A stretch of 64,000 bases of DNA from Bacteroidales bacterium (GTDB taxonomy: Bacteria > Bacteroidota > Bacteroidia > Bacteroidales > UBA1402), in NCBI GenBank assembly GCA_045627385.1, contig JAZQNO010000028.1:41400-105399 (forward strand). Reading direction: 5' to 3'. The stretch's first letter is position 1. The number at the start of each line of letters is the position of its first letter. Positions 55,015 through 64,000 of the stretch are shown here, one piece after another. The translations under genes were made by a program, and so were the position numbers. The notes under the pieces were generated by a model that was not told the DNA's origin, searched no databases, and saw nothing but the letters and a program-made list of their open reading frames with translations.

Positions 55015-57102
55015 ATGTTTAGGAAAATTCTATTTCTGATGGCCGCAACCGCACTTGTATCCTGCAGTCAGGGCAACAGACCGGCCGCTGACGCTTACAT
55101 TGGAAAGACTCGTCCGAGTCTTGAATCCGATCTGATGACACCTGAAGTGATGTGGCAGATGGGTCGCGTGGGCGATCTGCAGGTTTCGCCCGACGGCAGA
55201 CAGCTGCTGTATGGTGTTTCGTATTACAGCGTGCCGCAAAACGCAGGCAACCGCGAACTCTTCGTAGCCGAAATCGACGGCAGCGGCGTCCGCCAGCTGA
55301 CCCATACGCCCGAAGGGGAGCAGTCGGCCACCTGGTCTGCAGACGGCAAATACATTTTCTTTCTGGCTCAGCATGAAGGCCACAGCCAGCTCTGGAGAAT
55401 GAAGGCCGACGGCAGCCGTCGCCAGTGTCTGACATCGTTTGACGGCGATATCGAAGCCTACAGCTTTTCTCCCGATTTTTCGAAGATTCTGTTCGTTTCT
55501 CAAGTCAAATGCGGTCAGACGGCTCAGGACCTCTATCCGGACCTGCCCAAAACGACCGGGCGCGTCATCAATGATTTGATGTACAAACACTGGGACGAAT
55601 GGGTGGAAACCGTTCCGCATCCTTTTGTGGCCGATTTCAGCCTGTCGAAAGGCCTGCAGAACGTGCGGGACCTGCTGGAAGGCGAAGCTTTCGAATCTCC
55701 GATGAAGCCTTGGGGCGGCATCGAACAGCTGGCCTGGTCGCCCGACGGCAAGACGGTGGCCTACACCTGCCGCAAGAAGACGGGCAAGGAGTATGCGCTT
55801 TCGACCAATTCCGACATCTATATCTGCCATCTCGACCGTGATTTCCAGACGGAAAACCTCACCGAAGGGATGATGGGCTATGACACGAATCCGGTCTGGT
55901 CGCCTTCGGGCCGCTATCTGGCTTTCCTGAGTATGGAACGCGAAGGCTACGAGGCCGACAAGAACCGCCTGATGCTCTACGATTTCGAACGGAACACCAT
56001 GACCGACCTCACGGCTTCCATCGATCAGGAAGCTGCCAATCAGGTTTTTTCGGCCGATGAGAAGGAAATCTATTTCACCAGTGTCTGGCACGCCCGCACC
56101 CATGTGTATGCGGTCAGTCTGGCCGATGCCGAGGTGCGTCAGATTACCAAAGGCGATTTCGATTATGTTTCGGTGGCTCCGGCAGATGGCTGTCTGGTCG
56201 GCCTGCGCCAGTCGATTTCGCGCCCCGACGAGGCTGTCCGCATCTCTTTGGAAGACGGTGCGACGAGTCCCATCACCCACGAAAACGATGAATTCTTCTC
56301 CCAACTGACGATGGGTCGGGTGGAAGAGCGCTGGATCGGGACCACAGACGGCAAGCAGATGCTGACTTGGGTCATCTATCCGCCTCATTTCGACCCCTCC
56401 AAGAAATATCCCGCCGTGCTTTTCTGTGAGGGCGGCCCTCAAAGTCCGGTCAGCCAGTTCTGGTCCTTCCGCTGGAATTTCCAGCTGATGGCGGCTCAGG
56501 GATACATTGTGGTGGCTCCCAACCGTCGCGGCCTGCCGGGTTTCGGTATGGAGTGGCTTGAACAGATCAGCAAAGACTATGGCGGGCAGAATATGAAGGA
56601 TTATCTCTCGGCCATCGACAACTTGGCTGCCGAGCCCTATGTCGACGAAGACAGGCTCGGTTGCGTGGGCGCGTCCTACGGCGGCTTTTCGGTCTATTGG
56701 CTGGCCGGCCATCACGAGAAGCGTTTCAAGGCTTTCATTTCGCACAGCGGCATCTTCAATCTCGAACAGAACTATCTGGAGACCGAGGAACTTTGGTTTG
56801 TCAACTGGGATTTGGGCGGTCCTTATTGGGACAAGGACAATGCCGCCGCCCAACGCTCCTTCTCGTTCTCTCCGCATTTGGCTGTGGACCAGTGGGATAC
56901 TCCTATTCTCTGCATTCACGGCGAAAAGGATTTCCGCATTCTGGCCTCGCAGGGAATGGCTGCCTTCAATGCGGCCAAACTGCGCGGACTGGATGCCCAA
57001 CTGCTGGTGTATCCCGATGAGAACCACTGGATTCTGAAGCCTCAGAACGCCATTCTGTGGCAACGCACTTTCTTTGCATGGTTAGACAAATATTTAAAAT
57101 GA
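55015..57102 (+). CDS. S9-family serine peptidase (prolyl oligopeptidase / acylaminoacyl-peptidase type), lipoprotein
   Basis: The lipobox ALVSCS, beta-propeller repeats (VSPDGRQL, WSADGKYI, WSPDGKTV, WSPSGRYL) and the nucleophile elbow GASYGG are present, followed by HGEKDFRI...DENHW. Confidence 0.85.
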   Translation: MFRKILFLMAATALVSCSQGNRPAADAYIGKTRPSLESDLMTPEVMWQMGRVGDLQVSPDGRQLLYGVSYYSVPQNAGNRELFVAEIDGSGVRQLTHTPEGEQSATWSADGKYIFFLAQHEGHSQLWRMKADGSRRQCLTSFDGDIEAYSFSPDFSKILFVSQVKCGQTAQDLYPDLPKTTGRVINDLMYKHWDEWVETVPHPFVADFSLSKGLQNVRDLLEGEAFESPMKPWGGIEQLAWSPDGKTVAYTCRKKTGKEYALSTNSDIYICHLDRDFQTENLTEGMMGYDTNPVWSPSGRYLAFLSMEREGYEADKNRLMLYDFERNTMTDLTASIDQEAANQVFSADEKEIYFTSVWHARTHVYAVSLADAEVRQITKGDFDYVSVAPADGCLVGLRQSISRPDEAVRISLEDGATSPITHENDEFFSQLTMGRVEERWIGTTDGKQMLTWVIYPPHFDPSKKYPAVLFCEGGPQSPVSQFWSFRWNFQLMAAQGYIVVAPNRRGLPGFGMEWLEQISKDYGGQNMKDYLSAIDNLAAEPYVDEDRLGCVGASYGGFSVYWLAGHHEKRFKAFISHSGIFNLEQNYLETEELWFVNWDLGGPYWDKDNAAAQRSFSFSPHLAVDQWDTPILCIHGEKDFRILASQGMAAFNAAKLRGLDAQLLVYPDENHWILKPQNAILWQRTFFAWLDKYLK

Positions 57103-57109
57103 CATTCCG

Positions 57110-57424
57110 ATGAAAAGACTGGCTTTCAAAATGAAAATGAAACCCGGCATGAAGGAGGAATACAAGCGCCGTCATGCCGCCATCTGGCCCGAAATCGCCG
57201 ACCTGATCCGCCGTTCGGGGGTAAGTGAGTATTCGATTTTCCTCGACGAGGAGACAAACACGCTTTTCGCGCTTCAGTACGTGTCTGGCGAACAGGGCTC
57301 TCAGGACCTCGGAGCCTTTGACATCCAGCAGAAATGGTGGGATTACATGGCCGATCTGATGGAAGTCAATCCCGACAATTCTCCCGTGTCGATTCCCTTG
57401 GAAGAAATGTTTTATCTTCCCTAA
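57110..57424 (+). CDS. rhaM: L-rhamnose mutarotase
   Basis: 104 aa. Motifs YKRRHAAIWPE, YSIFLDEETNTLF and WWDYMADLM are present. Confidence 0.85.
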   Translation: MKRLAFKMKMKPGMKEEYKRRHAAIWPEIADLIRRSGVSEYSIFLDEETNTLFALQYVSGEQGSQDLGAFDIQQKWWDYMADLMEVNPDNSPVSIPLEEMFYLP

Positions 57425-57494
57425 GAAATCCGCGATTTATTTGTAACTTCGCGCTGTTTAAATCGATTTTGAAACTCTATTAAATACATTTGAC

Positions 57495-58751
57495 ATGCAA
57501 ACAATCGACAATTTCAATTTTGCTGGCAAGAAGGCATTTGTCCGCGTGGACTTCAATGTGCCTCTTGATGAAAATCAGAACATTACCGACGACACCCGTA
57601 TCCGTGCCGCCATGCCGACCCTCAAGAAGATCATCGCCGACGGCGGTATGCTGATCATGGCTTCCCACATGGGCCGTCCCAAGAAAAATCCCGATCCCAA
57701 ATATTCTCTGAAGGCCATTCAGGCCCACGTGGCCGAATGTCTGGGCGCACCCGTCGCTTTCGCCGACGACTGCCAGAAAGCCGAAGAGGCTGTGGCCGCT
57801 TTGAAACCCGGTCAGGCTCTGCTGCTCGAAAATCTCCGTTTCTATGCAGAAGAGGAAGGCAAGCCGCGCGGACTGGCCGATGATGCCACCGACGAGGAAA
57901 AGTCTGCTGCCAAGAAAGCGGTCAAAGCCAGTCAGAAGGAATTCACCAAGAAACTGGCCTCCTATGCCGACTGCTATGTGAACGACGCTTTCGGTACGGC
58001 TCACCGCGCACACGCTTCGACGGCTCTCATCGCCGACTACTTCGATGCCGACAACAAAATGTTCGGTTACCTGATGAACAAGGAAGTGAAGGCTGTGGAG
58101 AAGGTGATGGAAAACACCGTACGTCCTTTCGTTGCCATTATGGGCGGCTCGAAGGTCTCCACTAAGATCGACATCATTGAAAATCTGCTCGGCAAGGTCG
58201 ATACGCTCATCCTCACCGGCGGTATGACCTATACTTTCTGCAAGGCTCAGGGCGGTACGGTCGGCAATTCGATCTGCGAAGAAGACAAATTGGATTTGGC
58301 GCTCGACATTATCGAAAAAGCCAAGGCCAACAACGTGAAGCTCGTGTTTGCCGTTGACTCTGTCGCTGCCGATTCATTCTCGAACGATGCCAATCAGAAG
58401 ATTGTCCCCAGCAAGAACATTCCCGACGGTTGGGAAGGTCTGGACATCGGTCCTGAGACCCGCAAGATTTTCGCCGATGAGATCATGAACGCCAAGACCA
58501 TCCTGTGGAACGGTCCTGCCGGCGTGTTTGAATTCGACAATTTCGCTCTCGGTTCAAAGGCTGTTGCAGAAGCTATCGTCAAGGCTACGGCTGCCGGTGC
58601 CTATTCGCTGGTCGGCGGTGGTGACTCTGTCGCCTGTGTCAACAAGTTCGGCATGGCCGACAAGGTGAGCTATGTTTCCACCGGTGGCGGTGCCCTGCTG
58701 GAGGCCATCGAAGGCAAGGTGCTTCCCGGCATCAAGGCTATTCAAGGCTAA
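57495..58751 (+). CDS. pgk: Phosphoglycerate kinase
   Basis: Motifs [27 protein letters not shown] and STGGGA are present. Confidence 0.95.
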   Translation: MQTIDNFNFAGKKAFVRVDFNVPLDENQNITDDTRIRAAMPTLKKIIADGGMLIMASHMGRPKKNPDPKYSLKAIQAHVAECLGAPVAFADDCQKAEEAVAALKPGQALLLENLRFYAEEEGKPRGLADDATDEEKSAAKKAVKASQKEFTKKLASYADCYVNDAFGTAHRAHASTALIADYFDADNKMFGYLMNKEVKAVEKVMENTVRPFVAIMGGSKVSTKIDIIENLLGKVDTLILTGGMTYTFCKAQGGTVGNSICEEDKLDLALDIIEKAKANNVKLVFAVDSVAADSFSNDANQKIVPSKNIPDGWEGLDIGPETRKIFADEIMNAKTILWNGPAGVFEFDNFALGSKAVAEAIVKATAAGAYSLVGGGDSVACVNKFGMADKVSYVSTGGGALLEAIEGKVLPGIKAIQG

Positions 58752-58764
58752 CTGAATCATAATC

Positions 58765-58810
58765 AGAACCGTCCGTCCCTCAATTGCCGACGGACGGTTC
58801 TTTTGTTTTT
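58765..58810 (+). terminator. Rho-independent terminator of pgk
   Basis: Perfect 13-bp stem AGAACCGTCCGTC / GACGGACGGTTCT with an 11-nt loop, followed by TTTTGTTTTT. Confidence 0.85.
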
Positions 58811-58816
58811 ATCCGA

Positions 58817-59896
58817 ATGCAGGACTTGGTCAGAAAACTCGAAAATCTGCTTCTCCGACACGATTGTGTGATGGTGCCGGGCTTGGGCGGTTTTCTCTGC
58901 AATCAGGAACCTGCATCCGCCGATTCGGAAGGATGGAGCTTTTCGCCCTCTTTCCGGAAAATCGGTTTCAATGCCCAGCTCCGTTACAATGACGGACTTC
59001 TGGCTCAAGCTTATCAGGAAGACGGGTCGCTCAGTTTTGAAGAAGCCAATGGCCTGATTCGCGAAAAGGTGTCGGCTTTCCGACAGGAATTGGCCACGGG
59101 CAAGCATATCACGCTCGGCCGAGTCGGCACCTTATACGAAGACGAACAGGGCGGTCTGGCTTTCGTTTCCATCGATTCGACCTGGTTCGATGCGGATTCC
59201 TTCGGTCTGAAACCTTTCTCCTGCCTTCCCGTTTCCAACTCGTCGGAGGCTGTTCCGGCTGTCGAAAAGAGGGTAGAGGCCGTTCCGCTCAGTTTGGAGG
59301 AACGTCTGGAACATCGGATGGAGAACCGTTTGGAAAACAGCGACCGTCGGGTCGGCAATCGGATGCGTTTTGTGGCCGCGGCCTGCGTGCTGTTGCTGCT
59401 GGCGGTCGTTTCCAGACCTTTGCTTCACGAAAATCCGCTCTGGCAGGATGCGTCGGTCATTCCGTCCTGCGCGCTTGAAACCATTTCTGTCGTTCCGGCA
59501 ACTCCTGTTGAGTCCGCTCCTGTTGAAGCGGCTCCCGTCGTGTCCGTTTCCGATGCGGAAACGGCTTTCGAACCTTTGACGGAAACGGCTTCCGAATCTG
59601 TTGGGGTTTCGCAACCGGCCCCGGTATCGGAAAACGCAGCTCCAGTCATGGCGCAGACAAATGTCCGCCAATATCACATCATCATCGCCAGTTTCGAGAC
59701 TCGGGCCGACGCCGAACGCTACATCGCTTCACGTCATCTGTCGGACGCTTATCCTCAGGTGGGCGTTTTGAGCGGAAACGGGCATCATCGCGTCTATGCC
59801 GAAAAGGTGACGCAACGAGAAGCCGCCGTCAGTCGTCTGGAATCTTTCCGTTCGGAAAATCCACGCTATGCCAAAGCCTGGCTCCTTCTGCATTAA
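58817..59896 (+). CDS. HU-CCDC81-like N-terminal domain plus C-terminal SPOR (peptidoglycan-binding) domain protein
   Basis: Start set at the ATG at 58817 (MQDLVRKLENLL...VMVPGLGGF), because the track ORF starts at a TTG inside the pgk terminator. There is a central TM segment, and the C-terminus YHIIIASFETRADAERYI... is SPOR-like. Confidence 0.65.
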   Translation: MQDLVRKLENLLLRHDCVMVPGLGGFLCNQEPASADSEGWSFSPSFRKIGFNAQLRYNDGLLAQAYQEDGSLSFEEANGLIREKVSAFRQELATGKHITLGRVGTLYEDEQGGLAFVSIDSTWFDADSFGLKPFSCLPVSNSSEAVPAVEKRVEAVPLSLEERLEHRMENRLENSDRRVGNRMRFVAAACVLLLLAVVSRPLLHENPLWQDASVIPSCALETISVVPATPVESAPVEAAPVVSVSDAETAFEPLTETASESVGVSQPAPVSENAAPVMAQTNVRQYHIIIASFETRADAERYIASRHLSDAYPQVGVLSGNGHHRVYAEKVTQREAAVSRLESFRSENPRYAKAWLLLH

Positions 59897-59922
59897 ATCT
59901 CGGTTTCTAAGTATTGCTGTGC

Positions 59923-60060
59923 CTCTTGGCATACACCATCCTCAGGACTCGCCCGCTGCGCGGGCTCGGCCCCTCCCAAGCTCGCTTTCCGCTCGCTTGG
60001 TCCCCTCCCCCTATACGGATCCGGGGGTGGATACGCCTTCGGATGGTGGTATGCCAAGAG
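59923..60060. repeat. 138-nt GC-rich element closed by 19/20-nt inverted repeats (structured RNA or MITE-like)
   Basis: CTCTTGGCATACACCATCC (59923-59941) pairs with GGATGGTGGTATGCCAAGAG (60041-60060) with a single 1-nt bulge. Internal hairpins lie at 59951-59965 and 59976-60000. Confidence 0.6.
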
Positions 60061-60100
60061 TTACGGCCCAAACGAATATGAAAAACCGTCAGAAGCAAAT

Positions 60101-60144
60101 AGAAAACAAAAGAGTGGCAGAAACCGATTCAGTTCCTGCCACTC
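60101..60144 (-). terminator. Rho-independent terminator of glyA
   Basis: On the minus strand: GAGTGGCAG, a 15-nt loop, CTGCCACTC, then TTTTGTTTTCT. Confidence 0.75.
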
Positions 60145-60161
60145 CTTTATGAAATGGAAAA

Positions 60162-61442
60162 TCAATAGGCAAACATGGGATAGTCGGTCATGGTGGCATT
60201 GACTTTCTGACGGACGGCGGCGATGACAGCGGCATCTTCGGGATGAGACATCACTTCGTCCATCCAGTCGACAATCTGCAGCATCAGTTCTTCCTTGGCG
60301 CCGCGGGTCGTCATGGCAGGCGTACCTACACGGATACCCGAAGTTTGGAACGGTGAACGGCTGTCGAACGGAACCATATTCTTGTTGATAGTGATATCGG
60401 CCTGAATAAGAGCGTTTTCGGCCATCTTTCCAGTCAGTTCGGGGAATTTGGGACGAAGGTCGATCAGCATCGAGTGGTTGTCGGTACCGTTGGAAATGAC
60501 TTTGTAACCTTTGTCCATGAAGGCTTGAGCCATTGCGGCGGCATTTTTCTTGACCTGAGTCTGGTATTCCTTGAATTCGGGCTGCAGAGCCTCGCCGAAA
60601 GCGACGGCCTTGGCGGCGATGACATGCTCGAGCGGACCGCCCTGAATGCCGGGGAAGACGGCAGAGTCGATCAACTGTGACATTTTCTTGATGACACCCT
60701 TGGGTGTGGTCTTGCCCCAAGGATTGTCGAAATCCTTACCCAGCAGGATGATGCCGCCACGCGGTCCACGCAAGGTTTTGTGGGTGGTGGAAGTGACGAT
60801 GTGGGCATATTTCAGCGGGTTGTCAAGCAATCCGGCGGCAATCAGACCGGCAGGATGAGCCATGTCGATCATCAGAATGGCGCCGATTTCATCGGCGATT
60901 TTGCGCATGCGGGCGTAGTCCCATTCGCGGCTGTAGGCGGATGCGCCGCCGATGATGAGCTTCGGACGTTCCTTGAGGGCGACTTCCTCCATCTGGTCAT
61001 AGTCGACGCGACCGGTATCCTCACGGACATTGTATTCAAGAGCCTGGAAGAACAGACCGGAGAAATTGACTGGCGAACCGTGTGACAGGTGACCGCCGTG
61101 CGAGAGGTTCAGACCCAGGAATTTGTCGCCGGGGTTCATGACAGCCAGGAAAGCGGCGGCATTGGCCTGTGCGCCCGAGTGAGGCTGAACGTTGGCGTAT
61201 TCGGCTCCGAACAGCTGTTTGATGCGTTCGATGGCCAGCGTTTCGCTTTCATCGACCACTTCGCAGCCTCCGTAGTAGCGGTGTCCGCAGTAGCCTTCGG
61301 CATACTTGTTGGTAAGGCACGAACCCATGGCCTGCATGACCTGGTCGCTGACAAAGTTCTCGGAAGCGATCAGCTCGATGCCTTTTTTCTGGCGCTGATG
61401 CTCTTTTTCGATGATGTCGAAAATTGCTTGATCTCTTTTCAT
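60162..61442 (-). CDS. glyA: Serine hydroxymethyltransferase
   Basis: Start set at the ATG at 61442 ([14 protein letters not shown]). Motifs ELIASENF and [12 protein letters not shown] are present. Confidence 0.95.
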   Translation of the reverse strand: MKRDQAIFDIIEKEHQRQKKGIELIASENFVSDQVMQAMGSCLTNKYAEGYCGHRYYGGCEVVDESETLAIERIKQLFGAEYANVQPHSGAQANAAAFLAVMNPGDKFLGLNLSHGGHLSHGSPVNFSGLFFQALEYNVREDTGRVDYDQMEEVALKERPKLIIGGASAYSREWDYARMRKIADEIGAILMIDMAHPAGLIAAGLLDNPLKYAHIVTSTTHKTLRGPRGGIILLGKDFDNPWGKTTPKGVIKKMSQLIDSAVFPGIQGGPLEHVIAAKAVAFGEALQPEFKEYQTQVKKNAAAMAQAFMDKGYKVISNGTDNHSMLIDLRPKFPELTGKMAENALIQADITINKNMVPFDSRSPFQTSGIRVGTPAMTTRGAKEELMLQIVDWMDEVMSHPEDAAVIAAVRQKVNATMTDYPMFAY

Positions 61443-61461
61443 AATGAATAATGTATTTAGG

Positions 61462-62031
61462 TTATTTGTCTTTCTTTTCCACTGACCAGCCGAACTTGCC
61501 GATTTTCGGTCCCATCGAGTGATACTGCCCGTGGGCATATACCAGAAGACGGGCGCGGTCGAGGTCGAACTTGCCGGTATCCGGGTCAATCAGGCTTTCC
61601 TCGGCCTGAATGTTGACCACCTCGGCCAGAAACATGTCGTGCGAACCGAGCGAAACGACTTCTCTGACCCGGCATTCGATGTTGAGCGGCGATTCGGCGA
61701 TGACGGGAGCTTCGACTGCTTGTGCAGGCTGAGGCGTGAGCCCCATTTCCTTGAACTTGTTGTAATCTCTTCCGCTGCGGACGCCGCACCAGTCGGTGGC
61801 GCGTGCCAGTTCTTCAGTGGTGAGGTTGAGCACGAAGCACATGCTGCGGCGGATGATGTCGTAGGAATGCCGTTCGTGACGCAGAGATATGTAACACATG
61901 GGAGGTTCGCTGCAGACCGTACCCGTCCAAGCCACCGTGACGATGTTGTACTCCGATTCCTCTGCGCCGCAGCTGACCATCAGTGCGGGAAGAGGGTAGA
62001 TGAGCGTTCCGGGTTTCCAGGACTGTTTCAT
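61462..62031 (-). CDS. Flavin reductase-like FMN-binding domain protein
   Basis: 189 aa. The patterns [13 protein letters not shown]...NIVTVAWTG and PLNIECRV are typical of the flavin reductase/DIM6 family. Confidence 0.7.
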   Translation of the reverse strand: MKQSWKPGTLIYPLPALMVSCGAEESEYNIVTVAWTGTVCSEPPMCYISLRHERHSYDIIRRSMCFVLNLTTEELARATDWCGVRSGRDYNKFKEMGLTPQPAQAVEAPVIAESPLNIECRVREVVSLGSHDMFLAEVVNIQAEESLIDPDTGKFDLDRARLLVYAHGQYHSMGPKIGKFGWSVEKKDK

Positions 62032-62035
62032 CGCA

Positions 62036-62491
62036 TCAGATGAGTTTGAGCTCGCTGGCCAGCATTTCGCGCTCGCAATAGCGGCACTTGAGCGTGAGCG
62101 GCTCGCGGTTGGTGACGACGTATTTGGGCGTCATCGGCTCGTTGTTGCTGATACATTTGGGATTGGCGCAATGGACCAGACCGCAGATTTCATCGGGCAG
62201 TTCGATGACTTTCTTTTCGACCACCTGATAGTCGCGGATGATGTTGATTTTGGCCTTGGGCGTCAGCAGTGCGATCTGGTTGATTTCGGAATCCTTGAAA
62301 TAATGGTTGGAAATCTTGATGATGCCTTTTTTGCCCAAAATCTTGCTGTCCAGATTGTTGCCTACGGTCACTTCGTCGGTGATGCTGTCCAGCTGGAGCA
62401 TGCCGACCACCTGAAACAGTTTGTCTGAAGGAATGTGGTCGATGACGGTGCCATCCTTGATGGCCTTCACCTGCATTTCACTTGATGCCAT
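62036..62491 (-). CDS. pyrI: Aspartate carbamoyltransferase regulatory subunit
   Basis: The motif IKDGTVIDHIP and the C-terminal zinc site CANPKC...CRYC are present. Confidence 0.92.
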   Translation of the reverse strand: MASSEMQVKAIKDGTVIDHIPSDKLFQVVGMLQLDSITDEVTVGNNLDSKILGKKGIIKISNHYFKDSEINQIALLTPKAKINIIRDYQVVEKKVIELPDEICGLVHCANPKCISNNEPMTPKYVVTNREPLTLKCRYCEREMLASELKLI

Positions 62492-62509
62492 AATGGAATG
62501 AATGAATCG

Positions 62510-63421
62510 TTAGACAAGACCCAGCACCGAACTGATGATGGCTTCACGCACGTAAAGTCCGTTCTGCGCCTGCTGGAAATAATAGGCTTTCGGATTGTCA
62601 TCGACATCCTGGGAAATCTCGTTGACGCGGGGCAGGGGATGGAGGATTTTCAGATTGTCCTTCGAACCGGCCAGCATATCGTTGTGGAGGATGTAGAGGT
62701 TTTTGACGCGTTCGTACGACAGCAGGTCGGTGAACCGTTCCTTCTGTACTCGGGTCATATAGAGAATGTCTGCGACATTGATGATTTCCTCGTTGAAATC
62801 GGAAGTTTCGTGGTAGACGATGCCGTGCTGGCGGCAGAACAGCTTGTATTCGGCAGGCATGGCCAGCTCTTCGGGAGCGACGAAATAGAATTCGGGCTCG
62901 AAGTCTTTGAGCGCCATCAGCAGCGAGTGCACCGTGCGGCCGTATTTCAAGTCGCCGACCATCACGATTTTCAGCTTGTCCAGACGGCCTTGCGTCTTGC
63001 GGATGGAATAGAGGTCCAGCAAGGTCTGGGAAGGATGCTGGTTGGCGCCGTCTCCGGCATTGACGATGGGAACATCCGTCACTTCAGAAGCGTAGCGGGC
63101 GGCACCCTCCAGAAAGTGCCTCATAATGATGATGTCCGCGTAGTTCGACACCATTTTGATGGTGTCCTTCAAGGTCTCGCCCTTGGTGGAACTGGATGTC
63201 GCGGCATCGCTGAAACCGATGACTTTTCCCCCGAGTCGGTTGACGGCGGTCTCGAAGCTGAGACGGGTGCGGGTGGAAGGTTCGAAAAACAGAGTGGCGG
63301 CCACTTTGCCCTGAAGGATGGAACGGTTGGGCTGAACTTCAAAATCCGCAGCCAGATCGAGGATGTGGAGAATCTGTTCCTTGGAGTAGTCGCTGATGGA
63401 AACAAGACTGTTCGAAAACAT
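62510..63421 (-). CDS. pyrB: Aspartate carbamoyltransferase catalytic subunit
   Basis: Start set at the ATG at 63421 ([17 protein letters not shown]). Motifs FFEPSTRTR and HPLPRV are present. Confidence 0.95.
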   Translation of the reverse strand: MFSNSLVSISDYSKEQILHILDLAADFEVQPNRSILQGKVAATLFFEPSTRTRLSFETAVNRLGGKVIGFSDAATSSSTKGETLKDTIKMVSNYADIIIMRHFLEGAARYASEVTDVPIVNAGDGANQHPSQTLLDLYSIRKTQGRLDKLKIVMVGDLKYGRTVHSLLMALKDFEPEFYFVAPEELAMPAEYKLFCRQHGIVYHETSDFNEEIINVADILYMTRVQKERFTDLLSYERVKNLYILHNDMLAGSKDNLKILHPLPRVNEISQDVDDNPKAYYFQQAQNGLYVREAIISSVLGLV

Positions 63422-63446
63422 GGATTCCTGATGTGAAAAAGTTTTA

Positions 63447-63454
63447 CAAATGTA
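63447..63454 (-). promoter_or_regulatory. Candidate -7 box (TACATTTG) for the pyrB operon
   Basis: Matches TAnnTTTG on the minus strand, 26 nt upstream of the ATG at 63421. A second match (TACCTTTG) lies further upstream. Confidence 0.5.
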
Positions 63455-63513
63455 CGCCGATTGCACAAAAAATCCAAAGGTAAAAAGGGCTATTTTAACT
63501 GATGATTTTTTAC

Positions 63514-63521
63514 TATCTTTG
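63514..63521 (+). promoter_or_regulatory. Candidate -7 box (TATCTTTG) for the PBP1A gene
   Basis: Matches TAnnTTTG 23 nt upstream of the ATG at 63544. Confidence 0.5.
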
Positions 63522-63543
63522 TCAATTCCAACGCAATCTTTAT

Positions 63544-64000
63544 ATGACTAAGGAAAAAGTGAAGAATAATCAGGATAAGTCAAAGGCAGTCAAAGTGATA
63601 ATCATCGTTTTGTGGAGCCTTTTCGCGCTCGGGTGCGTCAGCGTTTTCGTTGTCTTCTCCCAGATTTCCAAAGGAAAAATCGGCTATATGCCGCCGATTG
63701 AGGAACTGGAAAACCCGAAAAACCGTTTCGCCACGGAAGTCTATTCGGCCGACGGCGAACTGCTGACCACATTTTTCATGGACAGCGACAACCGTGTCTA
63801 TGTCAGTTACGACCAGCTTTCCCCCAATCTTGTGAGGGCTCTGATCGCCACGGAAGACTTGCGCTTCACCCAACATTCGGGCATCGATTTCCGTTCGCTT
63901 TTCCGTGCCGTCGTCAAACGCGGCATTCTGCGCCGCAAGAGCGCCGGCGGCGGCAGCACCATCACCCAGCAGCTGGCCAAGCAGCTCTACACGCCCACAG
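63544..64000 (+). CDS. mrcA: Penicillin-binding protein 1A (GT51 transglycosylase domain), 5' part; runs off the window
   Basis: Not in the ORF track because there is no stop in the window. My own translation is [30 protein letters not shown]... (TM anchor), then [17 protein letters not shown] and [14 protein letters not shown] (GT51 motifs). Confidence 0.85.
   Translation, partial: MTKEKVKNNQDKSKAVKVIIIVLWSLFALGCVSVFVVFSQISKGKIGYMPPIEELENPKNRFATEVYSADGELLTTFFMDSDNRVYVSYDQLSPNLVRALIATEDLRFTQHSGIDFRSLFRAVVKRGILRRKSAGGGSTITQQLAKQLYTPT

Noticed and set aside
57485-57492. A TACATTTG match to the -7 consensus in front of pgk.
   Set aside because: It ends only 3 nt before the pgk ATG, which would require a leaderless mRNA starting downstream of the start codon. 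It is probably a chance match.
59868-60152. A 94-aa + strand ORF across the GC-rich inverted-repeat element.
   Set aside because: It overlaps the SPOR-gene 3' end in another frame. Its Pro/Ser/Ala-rich translation is dictated by the C-rich element, and it reads through the glyA terminator.
1-64000. A search for a mobile island, prophage, defence system, toxin-antitoxin pair or biosynthetic cluster.
   Set aside because: I recognise no integrase, transposase, recombinase, tRNA attachment site, restriction-modification gene, cas gene, nuclease/ATPase defence-type gene or secondary-metabolite gene. Apart from the low-complexity proteins and the two repeat elements reported above, every ORF maps to a core metabolic or housekeeping family.

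Overview
This is a 64-kb, gene-dense chromosomal segment with about 50 protein genes. I see no rRNA or tRNA genes, no CRISPR array, and no transposase, integrase or phage genes. Gene content, gene order, lipoprotein signal peptides and recurring TAnnTTTG (-7) boxes upstream of first genes point to a fairly GC-rich member of the Bacteroidales. The informative gene orders are bamD-rpoZ-DUF4293 and galM-SSS-araD-araA-araB-GH-tkt, the latter as I recall it from Bacteroides arabinose loci. The blocks are: (i) a partial FGGY kinase plus a FucI-like isomerase, followed by a repeat-filled spacer. (ii) The hexuronate operon uxaC-kdgK-eda-exuT on the minus strand, divergent from a GH35 beta-galactosidase. 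(iii) glnS-TPR-aroE-OPT, gdhA, valS, marC, mazG, an RsmF-like methyltransferase and a phosphoesterase. (iv) Two tandem ~1000-aa CarboxypepD_reg/beta-barrel outer-membrane paralogs, each with a Gly/Met/Arg-rich tail after the apparent barrel end. (v) A 13-kb co-directional array kduI-(unlisted 52-aa ORF)-kduD-galM-SSS-araD-araA-araB-GH97-like-tkt with no regulator gene; its GalM carries a Cys/His-rich tail. (vi) panE, tatA, tatC, rpiB and yggS. (vii) A secreted Tyr/Trp/Gly-rich plus poly-Ser/Arg protein followed by a FadL/PorV-like barrel, which is the most unusual locus here. (viii) uvrB, paaK-ACT, bamD-rpoZ-DUF4293, an S9 peptidase, rhaM, pgk, an HU/SPOR protein, a structured GC-rich inverted-repeat element, pyrB-pyrI-flavin reductase-glyA, and the 5' part of a PBP1A. 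Most of the window is ordinary core metabolism, and I found no recognisable defence or mobile system. All functional calls come from motif and family recognition by eye on the supplied translations; no database search was run.
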